Source: Squalus acanthias (Eukaryota). Taken from it: a stretch of DNA of 64,000 nt. Location: NCBI GenBank assembly GCA_030390025.1, contig CM059437.1:53134001-53198000 (forward strand), read 5' to 3'. This document shows, piece by piece, positions 60,968 to 64,000 of this stretch. The translations under genes were made by a program, and so were the position numbers. A model generated the notes under the pieces. That model was given only the letters and a program-made list of their open reading frames with translations. It was not told the origin of the DNA and did not search any database. Position 1 is the first letter of the stretch. Each line of letters opens with the position of its first letter.

Positions 60968-62115
60968 CTACCTCGTGAAGGTGTTGGCTACTAGCATTTC
61001 CCGAGCAGCCTTCCTTCCGGCAGCACTTGGCTCCTCCCCATCAGGCCTGGCCACAGGCACATTGGCATCGTCCATGTCCTTCATTTCAGCAGGGAGCTCC
61101 TCTGCAGGGTTAAGGGTCAGTACTTCCCGCAGGGTAAAGTTATGCAAAGCACAACAGGCCACCACAATCCTTGCCACTTTCAGAGGAGAATACTGCAAAG
61201 TCCCCCCTGACCTGTCCAGGCACCGGAACCGTGATTTCAGAACCCCGATTGTCCTTTCCATCACTTGCCATGTGGATACGTGTGCCTAGTTGTATCTCTC
61301 CTGAGCCTCATTATTGGTCTTGCGGTATGGAGTCATTAGCCATGGTCTTGGCGGGTAGCCCTTGTCGCCCAATATCCATGCAGATCCTGGAAGCAATGTG
61401 CTGAGGGTGCCATATAAGTCCGAGTTACGGAGGACGAAGGAGTCATGAGCACTTCCCCGGTGATCTGCATTCACGGTTAGGAACCTGAAGTGCACATCAT
61501 AGACTATCATGACATTCAATGAATGAAAACCTTTCCTGTTCATGTATGTCACAGATGAATCTAGTGGTGCCTTCAATGCAGCATGGGTTCCATCGACGGC
61601 CCCAATCACTTTGGGGAATCCAGAAATGCTATAAAATGCAAGGGCAATCTCCTTTTGATGACGAGTGACAAATCTAAGTCTATGAACTCTGAAGCCCTAC
61701 GGAAAATGGCATCTGTGACCTGGTGAATGCAGGCCAATGCAGCACTCTGGTAGATTTTGGAAATGTCACCGGTGCCTGCCTGAAATGACCCACTTGCAAA
61801 GAAGTTCAATGCTGTGGTTCCCTTCAAGTTCACTGACAAGGCAGTGCGGGTCTTCGAATGTGTTTGAAGTTCCTCCTTTAACATGTCACATAGTCGGCTG
61901 ATTGCCTCTTTACTGAAGCGCAGCTTCCTCACACACAACTCCTCCGACAGCATCTCAAATGACAGCCTCTCCCTGTACACTCTCTGGGGTGGGCAGTAGT
62001 TCCTCCTGATCAGGAGACGGTGATGGTTCCTCAGTCTTCTTTGTTGTTCCCTGGCGTTTCCAATTCTCTGATACCCAATAGCACCGAGGATCAGGGCAAC
62101 ATCGTCAAAGGGCAT
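60968..62115 (-). pseudogene. Harbinger DDE transposase copy B, disrupted
   Basis: Motifs GAVDGTH, NRKGFHS, LGDKGY and ERTIGVLKSRFRCLD. There is a frameshift near 61640 and a TAG at 61286-61288. Confidence 0.9.
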
Positions 62116-64000
62116 GTTTCTCCCTCACAGGCTTCATCTTTAAACAGATGAAGTACTTGTAAGGAAAAATTGGAAAGAGTTGTAAAAGTAATTTTAATAA
62201 AGTGAGTGGCTGGAAAATCACGTCGGGCTATGGTGGGAAACGTGCGGTATCGGATTGGGAACACGTCATACCCGCCTAATGAATATCACGGCCCGAGATG
62301 ATTTTCTAAGAGCTTAAACATTTTCACAAAGTCATACATGCAATTTTTAAAGGGCATGGAAAAGTTAACATGTAATTAATTGATAGTTTCTGGCATAATT
62401 TTTTAAAACTTTAGTAAATGTTAAATAATTCATTTTTAAACAGACATTTTCACATTTAAGAAAATGAAATCTAATTCAATAGACCTTGCACACAGCAAGA
62501 GTTGCTCTTTATAAGTACAATACTCAAAACAAGATTCAAAACCGTTTTTAACAAATTAAAGTTGATAAAAACTTACCTCAGGCTTTGTACAAAGAACTTT
62601 GCTCACTTTCACAATTAAAAATGTTCCATTTCCAAGCCCACTGCTGAAAGAGTTCTTCTTCCTGCAGCTTCTTCAGGTAGAATGCAAGCTGTACGTCTGC
62701 TTTTACTAGGCGCAGCTGTTTCGGACGTACCTGCACTGAAGCATTTGAGAAAAAATGGAACTTTTATCCAGTAGCGCTGCCTATACTGCGCATGCGTTTG
62801 ATCTCTCAATCCCTTTCTTGACAGAACGGAAATGACGGTGTCCAGCGCATGCGCTGTGCATGCCTGAAACCGGCATTTCCGATGTCGCTGCGGGTGAGTA
62901 CACAGTGAGCACCCACCCGTAGGGATCGGAATTTCCGGGCCAATAAGAATGAAGCCGGACGGTCCACCCGGCATTGACCTCGGCACCGGCTATGAACACT
63001 GCAATGGCACACCCAGCCCAGTCAACCCTGCAAAGTAACAGCACTGTGAGAGTACCTTCACCACACAGATTGCAGCGGTTCAAGAAGGCAGCTCACCACC
63101 ACCTTCTCAAGGGCAACTAGTGATGGGCAATAAATGCTGGCCTTGCCAGCGACGCCCAGATCCCATAATCGAATTTTTAAAAAAGGGAGGAAGCAGAAGG
63201 AGAAGGACGGATGCAACCGAGACAGCCCCTTTCTGGCCAGGATATCTGAAGATCGAATTAACTGCCTGCGGTACAAGTGACCACAACCCCAATTCCCCTT
63301 TCAACATTAGCGACACACCTTACCTTCCCTCTGGTACAGACCATCACAGCGTCCTCTTGGTCACAATGCTGCAATAAAAGCCACCACAAAGCAATCTTTT
63401 CAATTCAACTTTATACATCTATTCATCCAATATGACAGCAAGAAATCAACTCATCACCTATATGCATTCTCTTTTTGACTGTCTATTTGACTGCCTTTGC
63501 CTATCCTACTGATGTCACGCAGTGCTACCCCAGTGGCTGCAGCATGACTGGTGGAAGGCTGCTGAATTTCAATGGGGGGACATTGCAAATGTCCTTGCTG
63601 GTCGACCTTGAGGAGCTGGTGGCTGGGTGTGTCACTTTGAGTGTTGCAGTTTCTTCTTCCTCTTCTTCTTGTTCTTCTTCACTATCCTTTCCCTCTTAAT
63701 GGCCAACCATTGGCTGTCAGGCTGGATTTCTTGGGGGTGTGAAATGAGGAAGGCACAAGGGTGGAGTTGTGGTGAGGGGAGGGCGGGAAAGCAAGGGGTG
63801 CATGCCAGAAGTAGGTAACATACTTCTGTCATATCATAATCTTGTATCCTTTCCGCAGTTGCTTGACCTGTTCACACATGCAACAGCTCCCCTGCAGAAG
63901 GCACTATGCTGGACCAGGTGTCCGATGCAGGAAGATATCAATAAATTGGTCAGGTGGGCAGAACAGTGGCAAATGTAATTCAATCCGGAAAATTGTGAGG

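Larger units (their letters stand above)
58320..62941. mobile_element. PIF/Harbinger transposon copy B
   Basis: Left TIR remnant CCAGATATTCCG and right TIR CGGAATTTCCGGGCC, with an AAT target triplet. It is the paralog of 17218-21893. Confidence 0.9.
42170..64000 (+). repeat. Segmental duplication copy B (continues beyond the window)
   Basis: Colinear with 3854-22955. The offset rises from about 38.3 kb at the left end to about 41.05 kb at the right end because of copy-specific indels. Confidence 0.95.

Noticed and set aside
42170-64000. Duplication as an assembly artefact or uncollapsed haplotype
   Set aside because: Several percent divergence and multiple TE insertions with clean empty sites indicate an old, real duplication.

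Overview
This window is vertebrate genomic DNA, almost certainly from a cartilaginous fish, judged from HE1-type and Deu-type SINEs, abundant CR1/L2 LINEs and the immunoglobulin architecture. The only host gene I can support is an intact immunoglobulin light-chain minigene on the minus strand. It has a leader exon at 33140-33092, a germline-joined V-J exon at 32969-32628 and a C exon at 29766-29438, giving a 720-nt CDS and a 239-aa lambda-class chain with a long CDR2 and a very short 6-aa CDR3. The gene lies between two copies of a large direct segmental duplication (about 3854-22955 versus 42170-64000, roughly 90-95% identical by eye). This suggests a tandem array of IgL clusters with a period of about 38-41 kb. 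The rest is mobile DNA. There are two near-identical Ty3/Gypsy LTR retrotransposons in opposite orientation; the complete one (49662-54101) has 194-bp LTRs, an ATCAC target-site duplication and a single 1318-aa gag-pol ORF. There are also two decayed two-gene PIF/Harbinger transposons, many Harbinger-type MITEs with 3-bp TSDs, CR1 and L2 LINEs, and SINEs. Two observations stand out. First, the Gypsy element has no tRNA primer-binding site but carries an exact 11-nt complement to its own LTR (Tf1-like self-priming geometry) and a YLDN RT motif, with no chromodomain. Second, the pre-joined light chain is atypical, with a V framework reminiscent of IGLV5/VpreB. Family assignments come from motif recognition by eye; no database searches were run.
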